Of a DNA stretch of 64,000 bases, positions 39,673 through 49,097 are shown one piece after another (position 1 is the first letter of the stretch; each line of letters begins with the position of its first letter). The DNA is from an uncultured delta proteobacterium. GTDB lineage: Bacteria > Desulfobacterota > Binatia > HRBIN30 > BPIQ01. The stretch is taken from positions 32,001-96,000 of the forward strand of contig CAVXGR010000017.1 in NCBI GenBank assembly GCA_963761335.1, given 5' to 3'. Under the pieces are notes generated by a model, which was not told the origin of the DNA, did no database searches, and saw nothing but the letters and a program-made list of their open reading frames with translations. The translations under genes and the position numbers were made by a program.

Positions 39673-40100
39673 TGCGTCATGAGCCTTGCGGCTCACCAAT
39701 AGCCGATGAAAATGAGGCTGGGGATCTGCGCCGGCAAGAGACTTGGAGGTCCTCGCCCGGCTGAAGTTCGCCCCGGAGGGGCGGTGGCGTGTAGCCCCGG
39801 GTGAAACCCGGGGAAAAATGCGCGGTCCGTCAGGCGCGCCCCGCCAGGGGCGCGGGCAAGTTTTCGTCGATGTCACGCCTGTACGCCGATGATCACCGCT
39901 GGGTGCGTGGGAAGCTCATCGAGGTGATTCACGCGGCCTCTACGCCTGCGCCCCTGCGGGGCGCTGATCTGGGCCAATCGCAACGCAGTCCCCGGGTTGA
40001 CACCCGGGGCTACATGCCTGCGCCCCTCCGGGGCGATAAGGCTCCACGCCAAGCGCCGGTGCGCTTCGCCAGACCTTCACCCAACAGATTTTCGAAGCAG
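39673..40100. mobile_element. Non-coding insertion unit 1 (428 bp) with conserved ends and palindromic cargo
   Basis: Left end TGCGTCATGAGCCTTGCGGCTCACCAATAGCCGATGAAAATG and right end CACCCAACAGATTTTCGAAGCAG, both shared with unit 2. Confidence 0.7.
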
Positions 40101-40386
40101 TGCGTCATGAGCCTGCGGCTCACCAACAGACGATGAAAATGGACGGCGTCCTGATTCACTGATCAGACGCTTGCGATGATACTTCCGCGCCACGGGGGCG
40201 GGTCTCCTCTCCCCGCATCTTTCCGCGGGGAGAGGATCAAGGTGAGGGGTTCCTGTCTCACTGAAAGCTCGTGAATCTCCACGGCCTTCACAGAGATCGG
40301 CACCCTCACCCTGACCCTCTCCCGCCAAGTAGTGCGGGAGAGGGAACGCGCCCCCGAAGCGCACACCCAACAGATTTTCGAAGCAG
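40101..40386. mobile_element. Non-coding insertion unit 2 (286 bp), same ends, different cargo
   Basis: Left end TGCGTCATGAGCCTGCGGCTCACCAACAGACGATGAAAATG; identical 23-bp right end. Confidence 0.7.
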
Positions 40387-40458
40387 GCGCCTTTTCGGCG
40401 GCGAGGGGGCGCATCTTCCTTGCAGAGACTCCCGCGCCGAAAAGGAGCCTGTCCCCTT
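40387..40458. repeat. Remainder of a family B hairpin repeat (GGGGACAGGC...GCCTGTCCCC), interrupted by units 1 and 2
   Basis: Joining 39665-39672 to 40387 restores GGGGACAGGCGCCTTTTCGGCG, which pairs with CGCCGAAAAGGAGCCTGTCCCC. Confidence 0.8.
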
Positions 40459-40459
40459 C

Positions 40460-41656
40460 TCACTCCGCCACTTCCACCGGCGCGCCTTCCGAGAGGCCGG
40501 CGGCGTCGGAGACGACCACCGCCTCCCCGCCTTGGAGGCCGCTGGCGATGCGGGTGCGGTCGGCGAGGTCGGCGCCCTTGTCGACGGCGGCGCGATGCAC
40601 CTGGCCGTCGCGGACGACCCATACATAGGAGCCCTGGGCATCATGGCGCAGCGCCGCGCCGGGGACGAGGACGGCGGGGCGATTGGCTTCCTCGGGCGGC
40701 AGCGGCCGCAGGAAGGTGACGCGGGCGCTCATGTCGGGAAGGAGCTTGTCGTCCGGCTCGAGGATGTGGACCTCGACCTTGAGCGTTCCCTTCTGGCGAT
40801 CGACCTGTGGGTAGAGCTTGATGACCTCGGCGCGGTACGCCGCATCGGGATAGGCGTCCGGCGTCACCTCGGCCGGTTGCCCCATGGAGACACGGTTGAG
40901 ATCGGCCTCGTTGACGTCGACCTCGGCGCGCATGTCGGAGAGGTTCGCCAGGCGGATCAGGTCGCCGGAGCCCGAGAAGCCGCCGGGCACGGCGATCTCG
41001 CCCACCTCCTTGAGCTTGGCGAGGATCACCCCGTCGCTGGGGGCGCGCAGCATGGTGTAGTCGAGGCTGACCTTGGCCTGCTTGAGCTCGGCCTCGATCT
41101 GCGACACGGTGGCGCGCGACACCTCCGCCTTGTTCACCAGCACGTCGATCTCCTGCGGGGAGATCACGTTCTGCCGCCGCAGCTGCCGGCCCCGCTCCAG
41201 CTCCGCCTCGGCGAGATCGCGATTCGCCCGCGCCACCTCGAGTGAGGCGCTGGTACGGTCGACGGCGGCGCGGTAGTCGCGGTCGTCGAGCTGCACCAGA
41301 GGATCGCCCTCCTTGACCGTCTGCCCTTCCTCGACGAAGTAGCGGTCGATGCGGCCGGCGACGCGCACGCCGACGGAGATGTAGCGATCGCCGGTCACCA
41401 CGTAGCCGGAGCCGGAGAGCACGGGGATCACGGTATTCTCGCCCGGCGCCGAGGGCTCGGCCTTGGCGACGGTGACGCGGACAGGGCGATGGTTCACGGC
41501 GCGCATCAGCGCGGCGGCGCCGGCGAAGCCGACGAGGGCCACGGCGATCCAGCGCCAGCGGTGCGGTCGCGGCGAGCGCTTGAAGCCCTCGCCGCGATCG
41601 ATGCGCAGGCTTTCCAGATCCTTGCGAAGGTTCTCCCTCTTCTCCGTCTCGGTCAT
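40460..41656 (-). CDS. Efflux periplasmic adaptor subunit (MacA/HlyD-like)
   Basis: N-terminal TM, lipoyl-like VEEGQTVKEGDPL, coiled coil, LRAPSDG, VDVNEAD. Confidence 0.92.
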   Translation of the reverse strand: MTETEKRENLRKDLESLRIDRGEGFKRSPRPHRWRWIAVALVGFAGAAALMRAVNHRPVRVTVAKAEPSAPGENTVIPVLSGSGYVVTGDRYISVGVRVAGRIDRYFVEEGQTVKEGDPLVQLDDRDYRAAVDRTSASLEVARANRDLAEAELERGRQLRRQNVISPQEIDVLVNKAEVSRATVSQIEAELKQAKVSLDYTMLRAPSDGVILAKLKEVGEIAVPGGFSGSGDLIRLANLSDMRAEVDVNEADLNRVSMGQPAEVTPDAYPDAAYRAEVIKLYPQVDRQKGTLKVEVHILEPDDKLLPDMSARVTFLRPLPPEEANRPAVLVPGAALRHDAQGSYVWVVRDGQVHRAAVDKGADLADRTRIASGLQGGEAVVVSDAAGLSEGAPVEVAE

Positions 41657-41684
41657 CCGCAGGTCCAGATCTGGTGCCCCTGTA

Positions 41685-42863
41685 TCATCCCTTGCGCAGC
41701 GCCTCGATAGGGCGCAGGCGGGCGGCGCGCCAGGCGGGGGCGAAGCCGGCGCCGACGCCGATCAGCAGAGCCACGGCCAGAGAGGCGCCCAGATCAGCGG
41801 CCGTGACCCGCAGCGAGATGACGTTGGTGGTGAAGGTCGCGGCGCCGAAGGCGATGCCGCCGAGAAAGAGGCGCAGGGCCACCGACAGGCCGACGGCGAG
41901 AACCGCGCCGAGACAGAAGCCGGCCGCCGCCAGCGCCATCGATTCGGTCTGGAAGGAGGTGAGGATCGCGGCGCGCGAGAAGCCCAGGGCCCGCAGAGTG
42001 CCGATCTCGGCGATGCGCGCCTGTACGGCGGCGTACATGGTGTTCGACGCCCCGAAGCCGGCGCCGATTCCGGAGAGGACGGCGATGCCGACCACCAGCA
42101 GGTAGAGCGAGTTCGCCGACTCGGCCTGCTTGGCGTAGTAGGCGCTCTCCGTCTGCGCCTCGAGGGCGTAGCGGGGATCGTCGTCGATGTGCTGCCGCAG
42201 GAGATCGCGGTCGGGGATCGAGGCGGCGCGAATGCGGAACCCGGAGTAGGGCAGGGGCCGCTTGGCGTCGAGGCCGAGCTCGCGCACGTCGACCCATACC
42301 TCGCTCTCGTACGAGGATCCGTCGGCGTCGAAGATGCCGACTACCTTCCAGATGCCGCGCCCGAAGCGGAGCGAGCTGCCGAGCGTCGTACCGACATAGC
42401 GGCCGACGACGCCGCGGCCGACGACGGCCTCGCCCGAGCTCGGGTGGAACATGCGGCCCTCGGTGACGTGCACCTCGCGGTGCACCTGCAGCGCCACGGG
42501 CTCGACGCCGCGCACGAGGACGTTCTCGCGGCCGCCGCCGTGCTTGTGAAAGAACGGTTGCACCACCAGCTCCGGGGAGATCAGCGGCTCGCCGCCCTCA
42601 CCCTGGGCGATGCCGTGGAAGAACTTCACGGCGCGGTACGCCTCCAGCGGCAGGGCGCTGGATCCGTCGTTGTCGGAGCCCTTGCGCAGGACGATCAGGT
42701 TCATGGGATCGCCGCTGGAGACGACGGTGTGCTTGAGACTGCTGATCAGGCCGAGGAAGAGGCTGCAGGCGACCACCACCAGCGCGATCACGCCGGCGGT
42801 CATCAGGCTGCGGCCGGGGCGGGCGACGACGTTCTTGAGGCTGTAGGAAACGGGCAACGCCAT
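41685..42863 (-). CDS. ABC transporter permease (MacB/FtsX-like)
   Basis: EGRMF, NTMYAAVQAR..EIGTLRALGF, PAWRAARL.PIEALR. Confidence 0.92.
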   Translation of the reverse strand: MALPVSYSLKNVVARPGRSLMTAGVIALVVVACSLFLGLISSLKHTVVSSGDPMNLIVLRKGSDNDGSSALPLEAYRAVKFFHGIAQGEGGEPLISPELVVQPFFHKHGGGRENVLVRGVEPVALQVHREVHVTEGRMFHPSSGEAVVGRGVVGRYVGTTLGSSLRFGRGIWKVVGIFDADGSSYESEVWVDVRELGLDAKRPLPYSGFRIRAASIPDRDLLRQHIDDDPRYALEAQTESAYYAKQAESANSLYLLVVGIAVLSGIGAGFGASNTMYAAVQARIAEIGTLRALGFSRAAILTSFQTESMALAAAGFCLGAVLAVGLSVALRLFLGGIAFGAATFTTNVISLRVTAADLGASLAVALLIGVGAGFAPAWRAARLRPIEALRKG

Positions 42864-42872
42864 CAGCAGGCC

Positions 42873-44039
42873 TCAGAAGACTTCGCGCAGGGTTTCCGCC
42901 ACCGAGCGCCGCGCCGCGCCGTAGGAGGGCACGACGCCGGCGAGGAAGCCGACCAGCAGCGAGAGGGCGAGGCCCTGGGCGATGACGTGTGGCGTGACGA
43001 TGAAGCCGCCGAGCGGCCCGAGGTCGGGGTTCCAGCCGGCAAAGGCCTGGATCGCCTTGGTGAGGCCGACCGCCATCAGCACACCCGTGGCGCCGGCGGC
43101 GATTGCCAGCGTTGCCGTCTCCGCCAGCAGGGTGGCGAAGATCAGGCGGCGATTGAAGCCGATGGCCTTGAGAATGGCGATCTCGCCGGCGCGCTCGCGC
43201 ACCGCCATCGAGGCGGTGTTGGCGGCGATGAAGACGATGCACAGCGACACCAGGCCGGTGACCACGAGAATGATGGTGACGAATCCCTGCAGCGAGCCGA
43301 AGAAGTTGGCGAAGAAGCTCTTCTCCGTTTCCGAGGCAGTCTCCGCCTGGCTGTTGCGCGACATATCGTCGATCGTCTGCATGATGCGGTTCACCTGACG
43401 CGGGTCGCTGGCGCGCACCCAGATGACGCCGACGATGCCGAGGCCGCCGCGCCCCTGCGCCTGCAGGGCCTGGTCGAGGTACTCGCGGTGCATCCAGAAG
43501 AGCGGCGCCCGGTCCGCCTGGATCTCGCCGACGATGCGCAGGTCGAGGTTCACCGCCCACACGGCGCTGCGCAAGGTGATGCGGTCGCCGATCTTCCAGC
43601 CGTACTTGCGCATCGTCTGCCGGCCGACGATGGCGCCGTCGCGGTAGTGGACGAAGTCGTCCATCTGCTCCTTGGGGATGGGGTAGTCGGGATAGACGTC
43701 GGCGACGTACTCGGGCTCGACGGCGAAGCTCGGGAAGGTGACGCGGCCCTCCTCCTCGAAGGCGCCGCCGAACCAGGTCATGGCCACGGCGGCGGCGACG
43801 CCGGGCACGTGACGCACCTTGCGGGTGAACGAGAACGGCATCGAGTACACCACCCCGGCCTTGTTGTGCACCGAGATGCGGGTGTTGTTGGCGATGTTGT
43901 TGAGGAAGGCGTCGAGCCCGGCGGGCATGGTGAGCAGCACGCACACCAGCAGCACGGCCAAGCTGATGGCACCGCCGGTGAGGGCGGTGCGCAGCTTGTT
44001 GCGGCCGAGATTGGCGACCACCAGCTGGAGGTACTTCAC
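42873..44039 (-). CDS. ABC transporter permease (MacB/FtsX-like)
   Basis: NLGRNKLRTALT, NTASMAVRER..EIAILKAIGF. Confidence 0.92.
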   Translation of the reverse strand: MKYLQLVVANLGRNKLRTALTGGAISLAVLLVCVLLTMPAGLDAFLNNIANNTRISVHNKAGVVYSMPFSFTRKVRHVPGVAAAVAMTWFGGAFEEEGRVTFPSFAVEPEYVADVYPDYPIPKEQMDDFVHYRDGAIVGRQTMRKYGWKIGDRITLRSAVWAVNLDLRIVGEIQADRAPLFWMHREYLDQALQAQGRGGLGIVGVIWVRASDPRQVNRIMQTIDDMSRNSQAETASETEKSFFANFFGSLQGFVTIILVVTGLVSLCIVFIAANTASMAVRERAGEIAILKAIGFNRRLIFATLLAETATLAIAAGATGVLMAVGLTKAIQAFAGWNPDLGPLGGFIVTPHVIAQGLALSLLVGFLAGVVPSYGAARRSVAETLREVF

Positions 44040-44782
44040 GGCGTCGGCTGAGCGGCCCGCGGCGGCGCCCCTCCAGCCGCCAGCCAGACGGCGTCGTTGG
44101 CGCGCACCGCTTCATCTCCTTCGAGCAGCAGCCCCTTGTCCAGATGCAGGGCGTCGTCGACGAAGCGCAGCGCCCGCGGGTCGTGGGTGACCATGACGAT
44201 GGTCTTGTGGAAGTCGTTCTTCAGCTGCCGCAGCAGCGAGAGCACCTCCTCGGCGTTGCGGGCGTCGAGATCGCCGGTGGGCTCGTCGGCGACGATGAGG
44301 TCCGGGTCGGTGACGATGGCACGGGCGATGGCGACGCGCTGCTGCTCGCCGCCGGAGAGCAGACGCGGGGAGTGCTCGGCGCGGTCGGCGAGGCCGACGA
44401 TGCGCAACGCCGTGAGGGCGCGCCGGCGGCGTTCGGCGCGATCCAGATGGGTGAGCAGCAGCGGCAGAGCGACGTTGTCGGCGGCGGTGAACACCGGGAT
44501 GAGGTTGAAGAACTGGAAGATCAGCCCGACGTGGCCGGCGCGCCAGCGTGCCAGCTCGTCCTCGCTGAGGTCGTTCAAGCGCTGGCCGGCGACCACGACC
44601 TCGCCCGAGGTGGGCCGGTCGATGCCGGAGACCAGGTTGAGAAGCGTCGACTTGCCCGAGCCGGATGGTCCCATGAAGGCGAGGAAATGGCCAGTCTGGA
44701 TGTGCACCGACACGTCCATCAGCGCGTGGATCTCGTCGACGCCGCGGCGATAGGTGCGGGAGACGTTGCGAACCGTGATCAT
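44036..44782 (-). CDS. ABC transporter ATP-binding protein (LolD/MacB-like)
   Basis: [27 protein letters not shown]. Confidence 0.95.
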   Translation of the reverse strand: MITVRNVSRTYRRGVDEIHALMDVSVHIQTGHFLAFMGPSGSGKSTLLNLVSGIDRPTSGEVVVAGQRLNDLSEDELARWRAGHVGLIFQFFNLIPVFTAADNVALPLLLTHLDRAERRRRALTALRIVGLADRAEHSPRLLSGGEQQRVAIARAIVTDPDLIVADEPTGDLDARNAEEVLSLLRQLKNDFHKTIVMVTHDPRALRFVDDALHLDKGLLLEGDEAVRANDAVWLAAGGAPPRAAQPTP

Positions 44783-44962
44783 CCGCTTTTCGCCGTTCTA
44801 GCAGAGGGTGCGGCGACAAAAAAACCGTCCTCACCCCTACCCAGCGAGGGAGGCAAAGTTGAGGAGGCGTCCCGCCTCCTCCGGGGCGGCCGGGGGCGGG
44901 GGATCGTCCTCGTAGTCGCGGTCCCGGAGCGGCAGCGGCGGAATTCCCCGGGACGCTCACTG

Positions 44963-45036
44963 ACGAGTACGATTACGAGCACGAGCACGATTGCGGGCGC
45001 GGGCGCGGGCACGGGCAGAAGCACGAGCAGGGGCGC
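44963..45036. repeat. Degenerate hexamer tandem repeat (ACGAGC / GCGGGC / ACGGGC units)
   Basis: ACGAGT ACGATT ACGAGC ACGAGC ACGATT GCGGGC GCGGGC GCGGGC ACGGGC AGAAGC ACGAGC AGGGGC. Confidence 0.8.
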
Positions 45037-45051
45037 GAACAGAGGCGACCC

Positions 45052-45780
45052 CTACAGCAGGTAGCCCGCGGGGCCGGTGGCGACCAGGGTGGAGGCGGTG
45101 TAGGCGATGCGCTGGTCGGCGGGAATGCGGACCTGCTCCAGAGTGACGCTCTCCTGGCGGACACGCGAGTAGACGAGGACGGCGAGATGACTGGTCTCCT
45201 GCGACTCCAGCACCACGGCCGGGGCGCAGTGGTCGACGGCCTGCAGGATCTGCCAGTCGGGCGACGCGGTCAGCTGCCCGAGCTCGTCCGGGCTGGCGAT
45301 GACGCGCGCGTGCGCCCAGTACGAGCTCGCCCAGATCTCCTGCATGGCGAACCAGTACTCGAAGACGCCCTCGGCGGTGCGCTCGATCTGGAAGTGGCGG
45401 TAGAGGAGTTCGGCGTCGCGGTCGGCGGTCGCCGGCATGCCGCGCGCCTGGGCGTCGGGAGGCCGGTGCCACTCGAGGACGCGGCGAGCGATGCTGGCGT
45501 CGGAGCCCTGCCGCAGGACGAAGGGGCGGATGCGGAGATCGCCGCCGCGATTTTCGTAGAAGCGATAGCGCACCGCGGCCCCGGGGGTGATCCGCGTGTG
45601 GGTGAGCGCGTCGAGGACGCGGGCCGCGTTGGCCTCGAGCACGCCTTCCCAGAAGAGCGGCTCATGGGTGTCACCGGGCGGCGGCATGCGCTCGAAGCCC
45701 TGCAGGGCGCGAGTCCGCGCTTCGGCGACGTTCTTGATCAGGCGATGGACGAAGTCGGCCGATACGAACTCAACCGCCAT
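45052..45780 (-). CDS. Hypothetical protein
   Basis: 242-aa ORF overlapping the ispG stop by 11 bp; coding-like composition. Confidence 0.72.
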   Translation of the reverse strand: MAVEFVSADFVHRLIKNVAEARTRALQGFERMPPPGDTHEPLFWEGVLEANAARVLDALTHTRITPGAAVRYRFYENRGGDLRIRPFVLRQGSDASIARRVLEWHRPPDAQARGMPATADRDAELLYRHFQIERTAEGVFEYWFAMQEIWASSYWAHARVIASPDELGQLTASPDWQILQAVDHCAPAVVLESQETSHLAVLVYSRVRQESVTLEQVRIPADQRIAYTASTLVATGPAGYLL

Positions 45781-46930
45781 GCGCCGGAGCCGTTCCCAGG
45801 CGCTCGGCGATGAGCCGATCGAGCTCTTGGCGCAGCCGCGGCAGCACCTCCGCGTAGCTGTAGCTGCCGATCTTGTGGTCCTTGCGTTTCAAGTTCACCG
45901 TCGACGGACCACACCACAGGCCGAGATCGGCGTCGTCGGTCTCGCCGGGGCCGTTCACCCGACAGCCCATGACGGCGATGGTGATCTGATAGTCGCGCGC
46001 GTAGGCGGTCAGCTCCTTCACCTGCTGGGCGAGCTCGACGAAGGACTCGTTCTCGACGCGCGAGCAGCTCGGGCACGAGATGATGTTCAGCCCGCGGCCG
46101 AAGTCGGGAACGGAGATGAAGCGCCCGTGGTAGACGTCGTCGATGATCTGCCGTCCGACCTCGACCTCCTCGTGCTTGCGCTCGTTGGGCAGAGTGAGGG
46201 AGACGCGCAGGGTATCGCCGATGCCCTGCGCCAGCAGCTTCTCGAAGGCGAGGCGCGATTTGATGATGCCGTCGGGAGGCAGCCCCGCCTCGGTGACGCC
46301 GAGGTGCAGCGGCACGTCCGGCCGCGCTTCGGCGAAACGCAGGTTGGCGTCCACCACCCGCGCCGGGTCGGAGTCCTTCAACGAGACCACGTAGCGCTCG
46401 AAGCCGAACTCGTCCATCAGCTCGCAGTGGAAGAGCGCCGACTCGACGATGGCGGCGAGCTGGTCGCCGGGGTAGCGCTCGAGGAACTCCGGTGCCACCG
46501 AGCCGCAGTTGACGCCGATGCGAATGGCGCAGTCGTTGTCACGCGCCGCGCGTGCCAACCACTCGACCTTGGCGGCGATCGGCTTCTGGCGCTCGACGTG
46601 GTGCAGGTGCCCGGGGTTGTAACGGATCTTCTCGACGTAGGGGGCCAGCTTGGCGGCCAGGCGATAGTTTTCCTGCAGATCGACGACCAGGTTGGCGTCG
46701 GTCTGCGTGCGGATCTCCTTGAGCGCCGCGACCTCTTTCTCGTTGTCGACGGCGACGCGCACCAAGGCCGCGCCGGCGTCTTTCAGCTGCTCGATCTGCG
46801 CCACCGTCGCGTCGACGTTGCGCGTCTTGGTGGCGCACATGCTCTGCACTGCGATCGGCGCGCCGGCGCCGACGGCGATCGAGCCGATACGGACGGAGCG
46901 GGTGGGCATGCGAGTGGGGATCTCAGACAT
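45770..46930 (-). CDS. ispG: (E)-4-hydroxy-3-methylbut-2-enyl-diphosphate synthase
   Basis: [58 protein letters not shown]. Confidence 0.95.
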   Translation of the reverse strand: MSEIPTRMPTRSVRIGSIAVGAGAPIAVQSMCATKTRNVDATVAQIEQLKDAGAALVRVAVDNEKEVAALKEIRTQTDANLVVDLQENYRLAAKLAPYVEKIRYNPGHLHHVERQKPIAAKVEWLARAARDNDCAIRIGVNCGSVAPEFLERYPGDQLAAIVESALFHCELMDEFGFERYVVSLKDSDPARVVDANLRFAEARPDVPLHLGVTEAGLPPDGIIKSRLAFEKLLAQGIGDTLRVSLTLPNERKHEEVEVGRQIIDDVYHGRFISVPDFGRGLNIISCPSCSRVENESFVELAQQVKELTAYARDYQITIAVMGCRVNGPGETDDADLGLWCGPSTVNLKRKDHKIGSYSYAEVLPRLRQELDRLIAERLGTAPAHGG

Positions 46931-46960
46931 GGGTCGGAACTCCGCTTGGCTGCGGTCACG

Positions 46961-47161
46961 CTACCTGAGCGGTTTGGGAGGTACAAGCGCGAGCCGCCAC
47001 CCGCGCTCATACCTCCCGGGTGAGCGTGTTTTCGAGTTGTCCGGCCGGTCCTCCGCCTCCAGAATGGCAACACGCCCGGCGCGGTGACGCGTCAGATGAT
47101 AGGCGGTGGTGGCCTCAGCAAACCCCGCGCCGGCGATCGCCACATCGACGGTCTCGGCCAT
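46961..47161 (-). pseudogene. N-terminal remnant of an FAD-dependent oxidoreductase
   Basis: DVAIAGAGFAEATTAYHL...VAILEAE beta-alpha-beta dinucleotide fold with GxGxxG broken; only 66 aa. Confidence 0.6.
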
Positions 47162-47234
47162 CGGTGATGAGCGTATCAGGTGCTTGGTGGAAAAGGCGAA
47201 TGACAAGTTTTTCCGGAATGCTAGCATTGAGCAA

Positions 47235-48227
47235 ATGCTGCGCACCACGGTCGCCGGCGGATGGCCGGCTCCAGCGAGGTACGAAAACGACCTGCGTCGC
47301 TACTACGCCGGAGAGATTTCCGAGCGCCAGGCGGAGCCAATGCTGGTCGCCGCGGCGGCCGCCGCCATGCGCGAGCAGAAGGCGACCGGAGTCTCGCAGG
47401 TGATGAGCGGCGGGCTCTCCGCGGACCCTTTTCTCGCACACCTCGTCCGTTATCTCACCGGCATCGAGCGCGTCTCCCTCGCTGCGGCGGGCAGCCGGAC
47501 GCCCGGGTTCTACCGACTCGCCGGGAGGCTGGCCGCGCCGCGAGGTCTCGGCTACGCGGCGGCCTTCGCGCGCGAGAAGGCGCTCGACCCTTCGCTTCTG
47601 AAGGCCTCGTGTCCAGGCCCCTACACGCTTCTCTCCAACCTGCTTCTGGCCGACGCCTCGGCGTTCTCGGCGCTGCCCCACGCCGTCGACATCGTGCGCA
47701 CCGAGCTGAGCGCCCTGGCCCGCGCCGGAGCTCGCGAGGTGCAGATCGACGTGCCGACCGCGGTCAGCGCCGTGTGCCTGCTGAATCACGACGCGTCCGA
47801 GGTCGCGAACACCCTCAGCCGCGTCTTCCGCGGCGTGCGCAATGCGGCGCGCACCGTGCACCTCTGTCTGCGGGGCCTGAGCGGCGCGTCCCTCGGCGCG
47901 GCGCAGCGGATGAAGCTGCTCCTGCCGGTGATCGAGCGGCTGCGCGGCAAGGTCGACCGGGTGCTCGTCGAGTGCGTCGACGAGGAGTCGCGCCAGGCGC
48001 TGAGCCGCTATCCCGCCGACCTCGAGCTGGTGGCGGGCATCGCCGACGTCAACGAGGTGCCGGAGCCGGTCGAGCTGCTCGTCTCCCGGGCCCGCGAGCT
48101 GCTTCGCCACATTCCCGCCGAACGATTGTGGCTCTCTCCGTCCTGTGGACTGCGCGCCGCCAGTCGCGCCCACGCCGTCGGAACGCTCACGAACACCGTG
48201 GCAGCGGCGCGGCGGTTGCCGGGCTGA
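47235..48227 (+). CDS. Cobalamin-independent methionine synthase II (MetE C-terminal-only) family protein, divergent
   Basis: TTVAGGWP, CPGPYTL, VQIDVP, VHLC, SPSCGL zinc-ligand pattern. Confidence 0.8.
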   Translation: MLRTTVAGGWPAPARYENDLRRYYAGEISERQAEPMLVAAAAAAMREQKATGVSQVMSGGLSADPFLAHLVRYLTGIERVSLAAAGSRTPGFYRLAGRLAAPRGLGYAAAFAREKALDPSLLKASCPGPYTLLSNLLLADASAFSALPHAVDIVRTELSALARAGAREVQIDVPTAVSAVCLLNHDASEVANTLSRVFRGVRNAARTVHLCLRGLSGASLGAAQRMKLLLPVIERLRGKVDRVLVECVDEESRQALSRYPADLELVAGIADVNEVPEPVELLVSRARELLRHIPAERLWLSPSCGLRAASRAHAVGTLTNTVAAARRLPG

Positions 48228-48270
48228 GCGGTTGTTGCCGGGCGCCGGCGCTTCGATTAGCTTCGGGCGG

Positions 48271-48936
48271 ATGCCCCTGCTGATCGCCTTCGACCTCGAC
48301 GGCGTGCTCTATTCGACGGAGCCGTTTCTGGTCGAGGCCTATCGCGACTCGATCGCGCGGGTGAATCGCCTGCGCCCCGGCTCCTTCGACCGCGTGCCCG
48401 AGAGCGGCGAGATCTTTCAACATATCGGCTGGCCGGTGCCGACGATTCTGGCGCGCCTCTTCCCGCACACGAATCCGCAGGCGGTGTCGCTGCTGTACGA
48501 CGTCACCCTCGAGGTGATCTGCGCTGGAGTCGCCGAGCGTCGCGGTACTCTCTTTGCGCGCGTGCCTGAGACCTTGGCGCTGCTGCGGGACCGGGGGCAC
48601 GCCCTGGTGGTCGCCTCCAACGGCCGCCGGCGCTACATCGAGACGGTCCTCGAGACCTATGAGCTCGAGCCGCTTTTCGCGCCGTTGCTGACAGTCGACA
48701 GCGGTTCGCTCCCGGACAAGCCGGCGCTGTTGCGCGCCTACGTCGACCGCCACGATGCGCCGGTGGCACGTGTCGTCATGATCGGCGATCGAGCCAGCGA
48801 CGTCGAGGCGGCACACGCCGTCGGCTGCCGCTTCATCGGCTGCGACTACGGCCACGGCCACCGCGACGAGCTCGAAGGGCAGGGGCCCATCGTCTCCGCC
48901 TTCGCCGATCTCCCCGCCGCCATCGAGCCGAAGTGA
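48271..48936 (+). CDS. HAD-family phosphatase (Gph-like)
   Basis: FDLDGVL, ASNG, DK, MIGDRASD. Confidence 0.9.
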   Translation: MPLLIAFDLDGVLYSTEPFLVEAYRDSIARVNRLRPGSFDRVPESGEIFQHIGWPVPTILARLFPHTNPQAVSLLYDVTLEVICAGVAERRGTLFARVPETLALLRDRGHALVVASNGRRRYIETVLETYELEPLFAPLLTVDSGSLPDKPALLRAYVDRHDAPVARVVMIGDRASDVEAAHAVGCRFIGCDYGHGHRDELEGQGPIVSAFADLPAAIEPK

Positions 48937-49097
48937 GTGAGAGGTGGAGGAGGCGTCCCGCCCCCTCCGGGGCGCGATCCCCCGTCACAAAGAGGGAGGG
49001 GCGTCGGAGGGCTTCGTCGACGGCACTTCTTCCCGGTGAGTGGGTGGCGCCGAGATACCGACATGAACTACAATCGACACTCAACGGGAGGTCGCTG

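Noticed and set aside
39670..40386. CRISPR array, group II intron (GTGCG start) or hammerhead/HDV ribozyme reading of the repeated ends
   Set aside because: Interiors are hundreds of bp and unequal with no cas genes; no intron domain V or RT; catalytic cores do not match (no CUGAUGA...GAAA, no convincing HDV pseudoknot by eye)
44779..45024. 81-aa ORF with PAPAPA-IVLVLVIVLV resembling a membrane peptide
   Set aside because: Translation artefact of the hexamer tandem repeat
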